A stretch of 64,000 bases of DNA from contig CAWJJC010000022.1 of the NCBI GenBank assembly GCA_963843145.1, positions 288,001 to 352,000 of the forward strand, read 5' to 3'. Shown here piece after piece: positions 9,075 to 17,647 of this stretch. Positions within the stretch are counted from its first letter, which is position 1; the number at the start of each line of letters is the position of its first letter. The notes under the pieces were generated by a model that saw only the letters and a program-made list of their open reading frames with translations, was not told the origin of the DNA and made no database searches. Both the position numbers and the translations under genes were made by a program. This DNA is from an uncultured delta proteobacterium (lineage in GTDB: Bacteria; Desulfobacterota; RBG-13-43-22).

Positions 9075-9285
9075 GGCCGACGGGTCTCGGCGGAAGGGTT
9101 TTCCCAAGCTACTCCGGACTTCGAATCCGGGCCTAAGTTGCTAATTCTAATTGAAGCAGGCCCAAACTCAGAGACTTTTGGAGTCTTTCAGGCCGGCCGT
9201 GCCTCAAGGAAGATTTTAAAAAACGGGGGCCGGGTCAGAACCTATAAAGAATTGTGGAAAACCCTTTCGCCGAGACCCGTCGGCC
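9075..9285. repeat. 211-bp intergenic element bounded by 30-bp inverted repeats (MITE-like or structured RNA)
   Basis: GGCCGACGGGTCTCGGCGGAAGGGTTTTCC (9075-9104) vs GGAAAACCCTTTCGCCGAGACCCGTCGGCC (9256-9285): 29/30 complementary. Confidence 0.85.
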
Positions 9286-9354
9286 TCGGAGGCCCAATAT
9301 CAGGCGTAGCTGCCATATTCTGTAGCCACTTACGCAAAAGGGCGAACAACCTTA

Positions 9355-9555
9355 TTATCCTCGAGCCATCAAGGACCCGCATTTGGGACATTTCTGAGAG
9401 TTGCAAGGAACTCCCCGGGTATGGGAACTTTTTTGACCGCATTTCGGGCAGAGACAATTTCCTCCGGCTCCCTGGCCGGCTCCTCCCCCGCCTCCACTCC
9501 CAAATCCTTTACCCTGACCGGCCCCTGCCGGTCCGGTACCATCTCTTCTTGGCAT
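9355..9555 (-). CDS. small Gly-rich protein (MPRRDGTGP, DUF5320-like N-terminus) with six-Cys metal-binding tail
   Basis: MPRRDGTGPAG...NCLCPKC...HTRGVPCNSQKCPKCGSLM; RBS AAAGGAG. Confidence 0.82.
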   Translation of the reverse strand: MPRRDGTGPAGAGQGKGFGSGGGGGAGQGAGGNCLCPKCGQKSSHTRGVPCNSQKCPKCGSLMARG

Positions 9556-9586
9556 AACCTACTCCTTTCTCTTGATGTTGGTTCTT

Positions 9587-9949
9587 TTACCAATGCCCTT
9601 CCACGTTCGGGCCCTGGGCAAAGGATAGCTTATTCTCCTTATATTGCCGGAGGGCCTCCCTGACGGTGCCTGAAAGACCCACGGCCACCGGGATCTTGGC
9701 GGCCTCCAGGACCTTAAAGGCCTTGGGCCCGCAGTTTCCCGTCAGAACCGCCTGCGCCCCGCTTTCCACCACGGTCTGAGCCGCCTGAATGCCAGCCCCC
9801 TGGGCCAGTTGCAGGTTCTGCTTATTTTCCACCACCTCCAGGGAACCACCATCCGGGTCCACCAGGAGAAAATATTTTGCCCGCCCGAATCGCGGATCCA
9901 GTTCGCTGTCCAGGGTTTGGCCCTGGGCACTTATGGCTAGTTTCATCAC
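9587..9949 (-). CDS. NifB/NifX-family protein (orange protein, ORP-like)
   Basis: KLAISAQG, DPRFGRAKYF, QGAGIQAAQ, LTGNCGPKAF, C-terminal NVEGHW. Confidence 0.92.
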   Translation of the reverse strand: MMKLAISAQGQTLDSELDPRFGRAKYFLLVDPDGGSLEVVENKQNLQLAQGAGIQAAQTVVESGAQAVLTGNCGPKAFKVLEAAKIPVAVGLSGTVREALRQYKENKLSFAQGPNVEGHW

Positions 9950-10007
9950 TCAGTCCCTTTCTTACTCAGATATATGAATCAAATCAATTATTCCCGGAAG
10001 CGCATAC

Positions 10008-10193
10008 TTACACTTCCTGAATGGTTATGGCACCGAATTCGCAAACTTCCACACAGCTTTCACACCCTAAACATTCTTCGGCATTCACCGGGACGGCCTT
10101 GTCTTCTTTTAATTCAAAAACGCTGACCGGACAGACATCCACGCAGTTGCCGTCCCCCGTGCATTTCTCCTGGTCTACCGTAACCGTAAACAT
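10008..10193 (-). CDS. ferredoxin (CxxDxxC and CxxCxxC cluster motifs)
   Basis: CTGDGNCVDVCP...CLGCESCVEVCE; RBS AAGGAG. Confidence 0.93.
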   Translation of the reverse strand: MFTVTVDQEKCTGDGNCVDVCPVSVFELKEDKAVPVNAEECLGCESCVEVCEFGAITIQEV

Positions 10194-10263
10194 AGCTTTT
10201 TACTCCTTTATGTTTTCCTGCACGTTCTCGTCTTGCCGGTGCGGTTTTCCTTCTCCGAGGCGC

Positions 10264-10578
10264 TTAAACCATGCCCATCGATCGAGGGAGTCCGGCCAGC
10301 TTACAGATGTCCCGGGCCTTGTCGACCTTAAAAATTTCGATCAACTGTTTTCGGCTGTAGCCCAGCTCTTTCCGAATCAGACTAAACATGGGCGCCAGGC
10401 CGTGTTTATGGTAGTAATCTCGAAGGTATTGGATTATTTTCCAGTGGGCCGGTCCTAGAGGGATGTTCATTCGCTCGGCGTACTTTTCGGTGAAATGCGC
10501 ATCCCAATTCTGAGGATTCTCGATAAAGCCCTCCTTATTCAGGGGCAAGCTTTGAGTGACCTCCGGGCTTGTTTTCAT
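10264..10578 (-). CDS. DsrC/TusE-family protein lacking the C-terminal catalytic Cys (RspA-like)
   Basis: NKEGFI, HWKIIQYLRDYY, ICKLAGLP-RSMGMV instead of AGLPKPTGCV. ATG 10578 follows AAAGGAGGA. Confidence 0.85.
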   Translation of the reverse strand: MKTSPEVTQSLPLNKEGFIENPQNWDAHFTEKYAERMNIPLGPAHWKIIQYLRDYYHKHGLAPMFSLIRKELGYSRKQLIEIFKVDKARDICKLAGLPRSMGMV

Positions 10579-10628
10579 TATCCGTCCTCCTTTCACTAAT
10601 CCATTCCATCGTCTCAGTGCTTAAAGAC

Positions 10629-10645
10629 TTCAAGAAAAATGCCAA
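10629..10645 (-). promoter_or_regulatory. sigma54-type -24/-12 promoter of the orp-like operon
   Basis: TTGGCATTTTTCTTGAA (GG-N10-GA variant), supported by the IHF site and UAS upstream. Confidence 0.7.
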
Positions 10646-10673
10646 AGCCGGATTTAGAGACAATATTTATTTG

Positions 10674-10686
10674 AATCAACAAGTTA
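10674..10686 (+). promoter_or_regulatory. IHF binding site
   Basis: AATCAACAAGTTA exactly matches WATCAANNNNTTR and lies between the sigma54 promoter and the UAS. Confidence 0.65.
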
Positions 10687-10721
10687 AAAGAAGCGAGGGA
10701 ACAGGTTTTTTAAATTAACTA

Positions 10722-10766
10722 TTGCATAATGCAACTGTATTTTTATTAAAAAAATGCATATTGCAC
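10722..10766. promoter_or_regulatory. tandem palindromic upstream activator sites (TGCA-N3-TGCA x2)
   Basis: TTGCATAATGCAA (10722-10734) and ATGCATATTGCAC (10754-10766), centres 32 bp apart. Confidence 0.65.
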
Positions 10767-10887
10767 TAAAAAAAGAAAGGGTTCAGGGGAGAAACAGAGG
10801 CAACTTCAGGCCGCTGCTATTTCCACTTTAGAGCGCCGGGACGAGGGAAGAGACAGGACTGCGGATAGACAGATCAGGGGATGGCGA

Positions 10888-12363
10888 TCAAGCCGAAAGC
10901 ACCGGCAGGAAGACGGAAAATATGCTGCCACTTCCGGGTTGGCTCTCCACCTTGATTTGGCCCTGGTGGGATTCCAGGATGCTTTTGACGATGGCTAGAC
11001 CCAGACCCGTGCCGTTGATGTAGCGGGTTTTTTCGTCTTTAACGCGATAGAATTGTTGAAAGATCAAATTCAAATCTTCCGGGCGGATCCCTATTCCGGT
11101 ATCCTGGATCCGGATACAAAGATAGTCATTCTTGGCAGAGGCGGTGACCGTGACCCGTCCGCCCCCCGGACTGTATTTGATGGCGTTGGTGATCAAGTTG
11201 GACATAACCTCGTCCATGTTTTGGCGATTGGCCAAGATGAGGGGCAGCGTTTCCGGGATATCAGTCTCCAGGCGGATGGATTCCGATTCCGCCCGGGGCA
11301 GGAGAAAGGCGACCTGTTCCCGGATGACGGTGGCCATATCCACCGGCTCCCGTTCCAGCGAGATCAACCCGGATTCAATGCGCGCCAGGTTGAGCAGTTC
11401 AGCAGCCAGGCTGGACAGATTATTGATTTTTTCTGAAGCCCGCATCAAAATGGAACGCTGTTTTTCCGTTACCTCCCCGGCCAATCCGTCCAGGATTACC
11501 TTAAGCTGCATCAGGACCGAGTTCATCGGGCTCTGGATTTCGTGGCTCACGGTAGAGACAAATTGAGATTTCTTGCGATCCATCAGTTTCAGGACGGTAA
11601 TGTCGTGCACCACGGTGATGACCCCCAGGTTTCGGCCGTTGGGGTCCCGAAAAGGCGCGCAGCGGATATTCAGGATAATTTCTTCCGGCCTGTTCGGACC
11701 GTTCAGCGCCATCTCTTCCGTTAATTCCGAGAATTCCGATTCGGGCATCTCCAGGGCCTGGGAGATCATTTCCAGCAGCCGGGGAATTCCGATAAATTCT
11801 TCGATGCCCCGTCCGATCATCGATTGTACCGGGCAGCCGATCATTCTTAAAAAGGCCGGATTGGCCAGGGCGACCTTATTCTGATGGTTGGTGCACATCA
11901 CCCCGTCGGAGATGTGGTTGACCATGGTGCGCAGCCGGGAGCGGGTATCCGCAATGTCCCACAGCGCTCGGGTGTAATCGATGGCTTTGGACACGGTGAC
12001 CCGGAGATGTTCCGGGGTGAAAGGCTTGGGGATGAAATCAAAAGCCCCTTTCTTCATGGCGTCCACCGAATGTTCGAGGGTGGCGTAGCCGGTGATCACA
12101 ATGACCACCGTGTCCGGGTCCAAAGATTTTACTTTAGCCAGCACCTCAAAGCCTGACATCTCCGGCATCATCAAGTCCAGCAGAATGATGTCGTAATGCT
12201 CGGCCGGGAGGTGCTCCAGGGCCTGAATTCCGCTGGAAGCCAGACTGACCTCGTAGCCGCATTCCTCCAGAACCAGTTTGCAGGCCTCTCGAATGCGGGC
12301 CTCATCGTCCACCACCAGAATCCTGGGCGTATGTTCAATTTCGACGGCTATTTCCGTTGTCAT
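10888..12363 (-). CDS. hybrid receiver-PAS-histidine kinase
   Basis: N-terminal REC (VVDDE, LDLMMP, KPF), PAS, SHEIQSP H-box, NAIKY, DTGIG, GTGLGL. Confidence 0.93.
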   Translation of the reverse strand: MTTEIAVEIEHTPRILVVDDEARIREACKLVLEECGYEVSLASSGIQALEHLPAEHYDIILLDLMMPEMSGFEVLAKVKSLDPDTVVIVITGYATLEHSVDAMKKGAFDFIPKPFTPEHLRVTVSKAIDYTRALWDIADTRSRLRTMVNHISDGVMCTNHQNKVALANPAFLRMIGCPVQSMIGRGIEEFIGIPRLLEMISQALEMPESEFSELTEEMALNGPNRPEEIILNIRCAPFRDPNGRNLGVITVVHDITVLKLMDRKKSQFVSTVSHEIQSPMNSVLMQLKVILDGLAGEVTEKQRSILMRASEKINNLSSLAAELLNLARIESGLISLEREPVDMATVIREQVAFLLPRAESESIRLETDIPETLPLILANRQNMDEVMSNLITNAIKYSPGGGRVTVTASAKNDYLCIRIQDTGIGIRPEDLNLIFQQFYRVKDEKTRYINGTGLGLAIVKSILESHQGQIKVESQPGSGSIFSVFLPVLSA

Positions 12364-12425
12364 ACTTCTCCTTTACTATCCGGCGATCCCGGTTCAAGCG
12401 CCCTTTTCACTCGGAACCTACGCCG

Positions 12426-13946
12426 CTAACCGATGGAATCCGGAAAAGAATCCGTGGGATCGAGGTCCAGCGGAAGCTTCACCAGGAAGGTCGTCCCCTC
12501 CGGTCCGGTCTCTTTAACGAATATTTCTCCCTGGTTCTCGTTAACGATGCCGTAGGCGGTGCTCAGCCCTAGACCGGTTCCTTTCCCCGGTTCTTTGGTG
12601 GTGAAGAACGGATCAAATATCCGGGTCAGATGGTCCGGGGAAATTCCGGGACCGGTATCCGATATCTCCAGGCAGGCCTTTTGATTCTTTTCATCCTTGT
12701 AGGTTCTCAGGGTCAGGATTCCTTTTTTATCCATGACATCTAAAGCATTCATCACCAGGTTGATAATGACCTGGCTCATTTTTTTTTGGTCCGCTTTCAC
12801 CGGCAGGCCGGTGTCGGATAAAAACTTCCGAATCGTTACATTGATAAAGAGTTTTTGATCTCGAATCAGGGGGAAGCTCTCCTCCACCAAGGTATTGAGC
12901 AGGAAGCGCTCGCGGGAACTTCCGGATTGGCGGCTGTAGGCCAAAAGGTTTTTCACGATGTCCCGGCAACGTTCCGCATCCTCCAGGATAAAGTTCAGGT
13001 TGTTTCGGAGCGGATGGTTCTCTTCCAGTTTTTCCTTCATCAGGCTGCCGTACATCAAAATACCGGTTAGGGGGTTATTGATTTCATGGGCCACCCCAGC
13101 GGCCAACTGGCCTAAAGAGGCCAGTTTTTCGGCTTGAAGCAACTGGGTTTGGGCCTCTTCCAATTTTTTCTTCACCGTGAGTCGTTCCCGCAGGTCATTA
13201 TAAATTCCCATGGTAGCCGTTTCCTGGCCGTTCTCATAAATGATGGCAGCGGTCATTTCCACCGGAATTTGTTCCTTTTGGGCCGTGATGATGCTGACGG
13301 GGGTAACCGGGAGTTTGCCTCGTCCCCCGTAATCGGCCGATCGCAGTTTTTTCATGATATCCCGGGCTGCACCTGGAGGATAAAGACAACTGACGTCAAC
13401 TTGCTCCCCCGGTTTTAAGGAATACCCGAACAGTTCCTCGGCCGCCTTGTTCATCAGCAGGATTCGGCCGTCCCGGCCAGCGGCCACAATAGCGCTGGGG
13501 GAGCTTTGAAGGACTCGGGCAAGTAATTCCCGAACGCCGTGCAAACTTTTTTCGAGAATTTTGGTTCTGGTGACATCCCGAATGGATTCAATGACATAAA
13601 TGACCTGTCCATTTTGGTCCAGGATTGGAGAAAAAACACGATCCTCCCAGTGGTTGCTGCCGTCCGGGTTTTGGATCTGTCGCAAAATGGAATGCCCTAT
13701 CCCCTCCGAGAGGGTTTGCTCCAGCGGGCACTGGGTGCAGGGGAGATCCGGGTCGCCGGCCATGGTCTGAAAAAATTCCTTACAGCTCTTGCCGACGATA
13801 TCCTTCCGGGTGAGACCAAAGGTGTCCAGCAGCTTCAGATTGGCGGCCACGATGGTGCGGTCGGGTTTCAGAATCAGAGTCGGGAAGGACAGGGAGTCAA
13901 AGACCCGCAGTCTAAAATCAATTTCTTCAGACGGATTTGAATCCAT
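12426..13946 (-). CDS. cytoplasmic 2xPAS histidine kinase (NtrB-like)
   Basis: Two PAS domains (first with C...CxxC), [27 protein letters not shown]. Confidence 0.93.
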   Translation of the reverse strand: MDSNPSEEIDFRLRVFDSLSFPTLILKPDRTIVAANLKLLDTFGLTRKDIVGKSCKEFFQTMAGDPDLPCTQCPLEQTLSEGIGHSILRQIQNPDGSNHWEDRVFSPILDQNGQVIYVIESIRDVTRTKILEKSLHGVRELLARVLQSSPSAIVAAGRDGRILLMNKAAEELFGYSLKPGEQVDVSCLYPPGAARDIMKKLRSADYGGRGKLPVTPVSIITAQKEQIPVEMTAAIIYENGQETATMGIYNDLRERLTVKKKLEEAQTQLLQAEKLASLGQLAAGVAHEINNPLTGILMYGSLMKEKLEENHPLRNNLNFILEDAERCRDIVKNLLAYSRQSGSSRERFLLNTLVEESFPLIRDQKLFINVTIRKFLSDTGLPVKADQKKMSQVIINLVMNALDVMDKKGILTLRTYKDEKNQKACLEISDTGPGISPDHLTRIFDPFFTTKEPGKGTGLGLSTAYGIVNENQGEIFVKETGPEGTTFLVKLPLDLDPTDSFPDSIG

Positions 13947-13951
13947 TTCAG

Positions 13952-14467
13952 CTAAGGTTGTTTTTCGGTTTCGGGACTTAAAAAGGCCTGCCCCAGGGCC
14001 TTCCGGGCCGCGCGGGCTTTCCCCTCCGGCATAATCAGGTAAACCGATGCACCGGCGCAGGCCATGGCCAGAACCGACACGGCCTGGATGGCGAGAGCGT
14101 TCAAGGCCGCGCTGGCAATCCCATACCGGTCTCCGTAATGAGGGCCATGGAAATAAATCAATTCCACCGGACTTTCAACCTGCAGAGACATCCGGGGTTC
14201 TTCTTCCAACCATTTTTCCAGGAAGGCCTGGTAGCGGTCTACCCCCTGCGCCGAAAACAGCAGATTGAATTGCAGGGTTTTGCCGTTCAGGTTCGAACCG
14301 GCGACCATGATAAATCCGTCGCCGGCGGTGCCCCAGTCCTGCATGCGGTGTCCCCAGTCGGCCATCCGGTCAACCGGACAGGAAAATTTGAAGAGGGACA
14401 AGCCGGTCTTTTCCATAAATCCATAGGTCTTGATGACCGGTTCCCAATACACGGCGATGGTTTCCAA
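13952..14467 (-). CDS. conserved hypothetical protein with ACT-like (aspartokinase regulatory-type) C-terminal domain
   Basis: FHGPHYGDRYGIASAALNAL...GASVYLI resembles the ACT domain of the aspartokinase beta subunit. Confidence 0.65.
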   Translation of the reverse strand: METIAVYWEPVIKTYGFMEKTGLSLFKFSCPVDRMADWGHRMQDWGTAGDGFIMVAGSNLNGKTLQFNLLFSAQGVDRYQAFLEKWLEEEPRMSLQVESPVELIYFHGPHYGDRYGIASAALNALAIQAVSVLAMACAGASVYLIMPEGKARAARKALGQAFLSPETEKQP

Positions 14468-14499
14468 GGTACAGTCTCCGCGGAGGATGATTCCAGGGA

Positions 14500-15027
14500 T
14501 TATATCTGCCGGATTCGAAATTCCGGGCGGAAGGGAGTATGGTGGGCCGGAAGTTCCAATACCGTCTCCAGGGCACTGAGGGCGTGGTCCAGCAGCCGGT
14601 AGTCCGTGCTGACGGTCAGCGCGGATAAGGAGGTTCCCGTCCCGTATAGCGGGAGCCCGGTTCTTCCAAAAATCGCCATAACCAATCCCAGCAATCGCAG
14701 ACTGGAATGATGTGGGAAAAAAGTCAATGTCCCTACCGGCGCTATACTTTCTACGCTGGAACTCAAGTCCGGATCCCGCTCCAGCAGCCCTTGGGCCTGG
14801 CCAAAATCTTCGGTTTCCAGGCAGCAGGAACAGACGGTATTTTGGGTCGTGCTGCTGAGGCCCACAAAGGGCAGGTTGATCCGGTTTTCAGCCAAAAGGC
14901 GAAAAAGACGGACCGCCCGAAGATTCTCTCCCGGGCGATCAAGACAATTCAACTGGACCATTTCCAGGCTCAGTTTAATGCCGCCCAATCGGATCCGGCC
15001 TCCGGCGTTTGGGAAGGGAGCCGTCAT
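14500..15027 (-). CDS. ACT-like tandem domain protein (aspartokinase regulatory subunit-like)
   Basis: LFRLLAENRINLPFV and GTSLSALTV pattern of two ACT repeats; no kinase domain. Confidence 0.6.
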   Translation of the reverse strand: MTAPFPNAGGRIRLGGIKLSLEMVQLNCLDRPGENLRAVRLFRLLAENRINLPFVGLSSTTQNTVCSCCLETEDFGQAQGLLERDPDLSSSVESIAPVGTLTFFPHHSSLRLLGLVMAIFGRTGLPLYGTGTSLSALTVSTDYRLLDHALSALETVLELPAHHTPFRPEFRIRQI

Positions 15028-15153
15028 AAAAAAGGGTTAATCGGGACCGGATCATCGCCGGCCCGGGAAAGGTCCGGTGCCTTCAGGTTACGGGTTCCCC
15101 TTCGCCTGAAACCGCCCGGCCTCCCTGTTGCTTTTAACCGGTTAATGAACAGT

Positions 15154-15540
15154 TTACTCCAGATTGTCTTTGACGATTTCCATCAGTTTGTCCAGATCGA
15201 TCGGTTTCGGAATGTAATCGTCCGCCAAGGTGGTTTTACCGCCCATGTGGGTGTAATTGGTCGAGCTAACCGCATCGGCGACGGCGGTAAGGAGTATGAC
15301 GATAATATCCTTGGTTTCATCGGATTTTTTCAGCTCATCACACAGGGTATAGCCGTCCTTACGCGGCATCATGACATCGAGGATAACCAAGGCCGGACGT
15401 TCCGCCTTGATCTTTTCCAACGCCTCGACCCCATCGTAGGCTTTGGTTACCCGGAAGTTGTGGCTTTCCAATTTCATGGCCACCGATTCCACCAGATCCG
15501 GATCGTCGTCCACGACCATGATCAGTTTCTTGTCAGTCAT
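15154..15540 (-). CDS. single-domain response regulator (receiver)
   Basis: VVDDD, LDVMMP, LTAV, KP. Confidence 0.92.
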   Translation of the reverse strand: MTDKKLIMVVDDDPDLVESVAMKLESHNFRVTKAYDGVEALEKIKAERPALVILDVMMPRKDGYTLCDELKKSDETKDIIVILLTAVADAVSSTNYTHMGGKTTLADDYIPKPIDLDKLMEIVKDNLE

Positions 15541-15588
15541 CGTTCTTCTCCTTCTTGATTGTTGTTCAGGGACACGGCCGGTATTCGA

Positions 15589-16512
15589 CTAAAGCGCGGG
15601 TCGTGGCAGGAGTCCGGCTCTTTCCACGATTTCCGGGACCTTCTTTTCCCACTCGATGGCCATAATGTGGAATCCGGCTACGCCTTCCACTTCTTTCAAG
15701 CGCTGGATGCTTTCGACGCAGATCTTGATCCCTTCCTCGGCCTGCTTTTCTTTGGGCACCCCGGCCATCCGATTCACCACTTCGTCCGGTACGTCCATGC
15801 CCGGCACTTTATTCTTCATGTAACGGGCCATGCCAACGGATTTCATGGGGGTGATTCCGGCCAGAATATAGCATTTCCGGTGAAGCCCCCGGGCCCGAAC
15901 CCCGGCCATCCATTTTTCAAATTTATCCAGGTTATAGATACACTGGGTCTGGATGAAATCGACCCCGGCGGCCACTTTTTTGGCCAGTCGGGCCACCCGC
16001 AGTTCGAACGGATCCGCAAAGGGATTGGCGGCGGCCCCGATGAACATCCGGGGCGGATTCTCAATATCCGCCCCTCCCTGGAATTTGCCTTCATCCCGCA
16101 TGGTTTTCACCATCCGGATAAATTGGAGGGAATCGATATCGTGAACACTGGCGGCCATGGGATGATCCCCGAAAAAGGGATGATCGCCGGATAAACAGAG
16201 CATGGTGTTGATCCCATGCGCATAGGCCCCGAGGATGTCCGCCTGCATAGCCAGCCGGTTCCGATCTCGGGTGACCATCTGCAGCACGGGGTTCAGCCCC
16301 ATCTGTTTGAGGAAGACCGAGGCGGCAAAGCTCGACATGCGGACCATGGCCGTCTGGTTGTCCGTAACATTGACCGCGTCAACCACTCCCCTAAGCAATT
16401 CTCCCTTTTCCTTGATTTTTTCCGGGACGGCCCCCCGCGGGGGACCGCATTCGGAAGTGACCGCCAGGTTGCCCGCGGCTAAAACTTTTTCGAGTACGCT
16501 ATCGGTTTTCAT
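15589..16512 (-). CDS. metF: 5,10-methylenetetrahydrofolate reductase, MetF subunit
   Basis: ECGPPRG, NVTDNQTA, RDRNRLAMQ, SGDHP, AANPFADP, KKVAAGVDFIQTQ. Confidence 0.93.
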   Translation of the reverse strand: MKTDSVLEKVLAAGNLAVTSECGPPRGAVPEKIKEKGELLRGVVDAVNVTDNQTAMVRMSSFAASVFLKQMGLNPVLQMVTRDRNRLAMQADILGAYAHGINTMLCLSGDHPFFGDHPMAASVHDIDSLQFIRMVKTMRDEGKFQGGADIENPPRMFIGAAANPFADPFELRVARLAKKVAAGVDFIQTQCIYNLDKFEKWMAGVRARGLHRKCYILAGITPMKSVGMARYMKNKVPGMDVPDEVVNRMAGVPKEKQAEEGIKICVESIQRLKEVEGVAGFHIMAIEWEKKVPEIVERAGLLPRPAL

Positions 16513-17177
16513 TCTGCCAAATCCTCTCTGATGATCTTTCGCGGACCACCGCCTCCGGCTGTTCGCCAGTCCTTGGCCGGCGTAAAATCTTCGTATCGGT
16601 CTTCCAGGCCCAAGGCCTTGAGCCGGTCCCAGATCAACTGCCAGGCACAGTCCACCTCCGAACTGATTTCACATTTTCCCCGGGTCGATCCGCCGCAGGG
16701 TCCATTCATCAACCGTTTGGAACACCGGGCTATAGGGCAAATCCCCCCGGTTAATCCGAGGAGACAGTCCCCGCAACCCTGGCAGCGCTCGGCCCAGACC
16801 CCCGGACGTTCCGAGGCGCCCATAAAGGTGGTGTTGACGGCGGGGAAAACCGGTTTATCCTTGAAGCGCCGGGCCACTTCCTGAACGCCGCAGCCGCAGG
16901 CCATGGACATGACGGCCTCCACCCCGTCGATCAGGGGGACCAACTCCTCCACATATTCCGGATCGCACTGCCTTTCCAGCGTATGTTCCCGGATTTCGAT
17001 GTTTTTACCGCTTTTTAAAAAGGACATATGCAGGGCCGAGGCCAACAGCCCCACTTCCTTCCGTCCCCCGGCCGCGCAGACGGTAACGCATTCATTGCAG
17101 CCTACGAGAAGAATGCGTCCAAAGGGCCGCAGGTATTCCGTCAGTTCGTCTAAAGGTTTTCGGGTAGCCGTGATCAT
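16509..17177 (-). CDS. metV: MTHFR accessory Fe-S/Zn subunit MetV
   Basis: GCNECVTVC, RQCD, ACGCG, RCQGCGDC, ICPIARCSKRLMNGPCGG, DCAW. ATG 17177 after GAAGGAG. Confidence 0.88.
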   Translation of the reverse strand: MITATRKPLDELTEYLRPFGRILLVGCNECVTVCAAGGRKEVGLLASALHMSFLKSGKNIEIREHTLERQCDPEYVEELVPLIDGVEAVMSMACGCGVQEVARRFKDKPVFPAVNTTFMGASERPGVWAERCQGCGDCLLGLTGGICPIARCSKRLMNGPCGGSTRGKCEISSEVDCAWQLIWDRLKALGLEDRYEDFTPAKDWRTAGGGGPRKIIREDLAE

Positions 17178-17206
17178 ATTTTTCCACTCTCCTTCGTTCG
17201 GGCGCC

Positions 17207-17647
17207 TCAACAGGCAATCTTCCGCTCCTCGAGGAGGGCGGAATGAATGGGGCTGGGACCCAACTGGCGAATTTTTTCCGTTATATTCTTGGCCGTTTCG
17301 GCAAAGCGGTCGCCCATGCCGGCGGACAACAGGACCATTTCGAGGCGTTCCCCCCCGATTCCGATTTCATCTAACAGTTTTTGGACCAGCGCCACCCGGC
17401 GCGCCGCCCGGGTGTTACCGGTTTTAAAATGACAGTCGCCTTCGAGACAGCCGGCCACGTACACCCCGTCGGCGCCCTTTTCAAAGGCCTTGACGATATG
17501 GATGGCGTCCACCTTGCCGGAGCAGGGAACTCGAATAATTTTGACGTTGGCCGGATAACAGAGTCGCTGGCTTCCCGCCATATCCGCCGCCGTGTAGGCG
17601 CAGTAGTGGCAGCAGAAGGCCACGATGACCGGTTCAAAGTTTTCCAT
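17207..17647 (-). CDS. mvhD: [2Fe-2S] MvhD (hydrogenase delta subunit)-like protein
   Basis: FCCHYCAYTAAD, RVPCSGKV, GADGV, GCLEGDCHF; Cys version (no UGA). Confidence 0.93.
   Translation of the reverse strand: MENFEPVIVAFCCHYCAYTAADMAGSQRLCYPANVKIIRVPCSGKVDAIHIVKAFEKGADGVYVAGCLEGDCHFKTGNTRAARRVALVQKLLDEIGIGGERLEMVLLSAGMGDRFAETAKNITEKIRQLGPSPIHSALLEERKIAC

Noticed and set aside
9051-9557. 168-aa plus-strand ORF across the inverted-repeat element as a transposase remnant
   Set aside because: No DDE, HUH or HTH motif; it overlaps a credible minus-strand gene.
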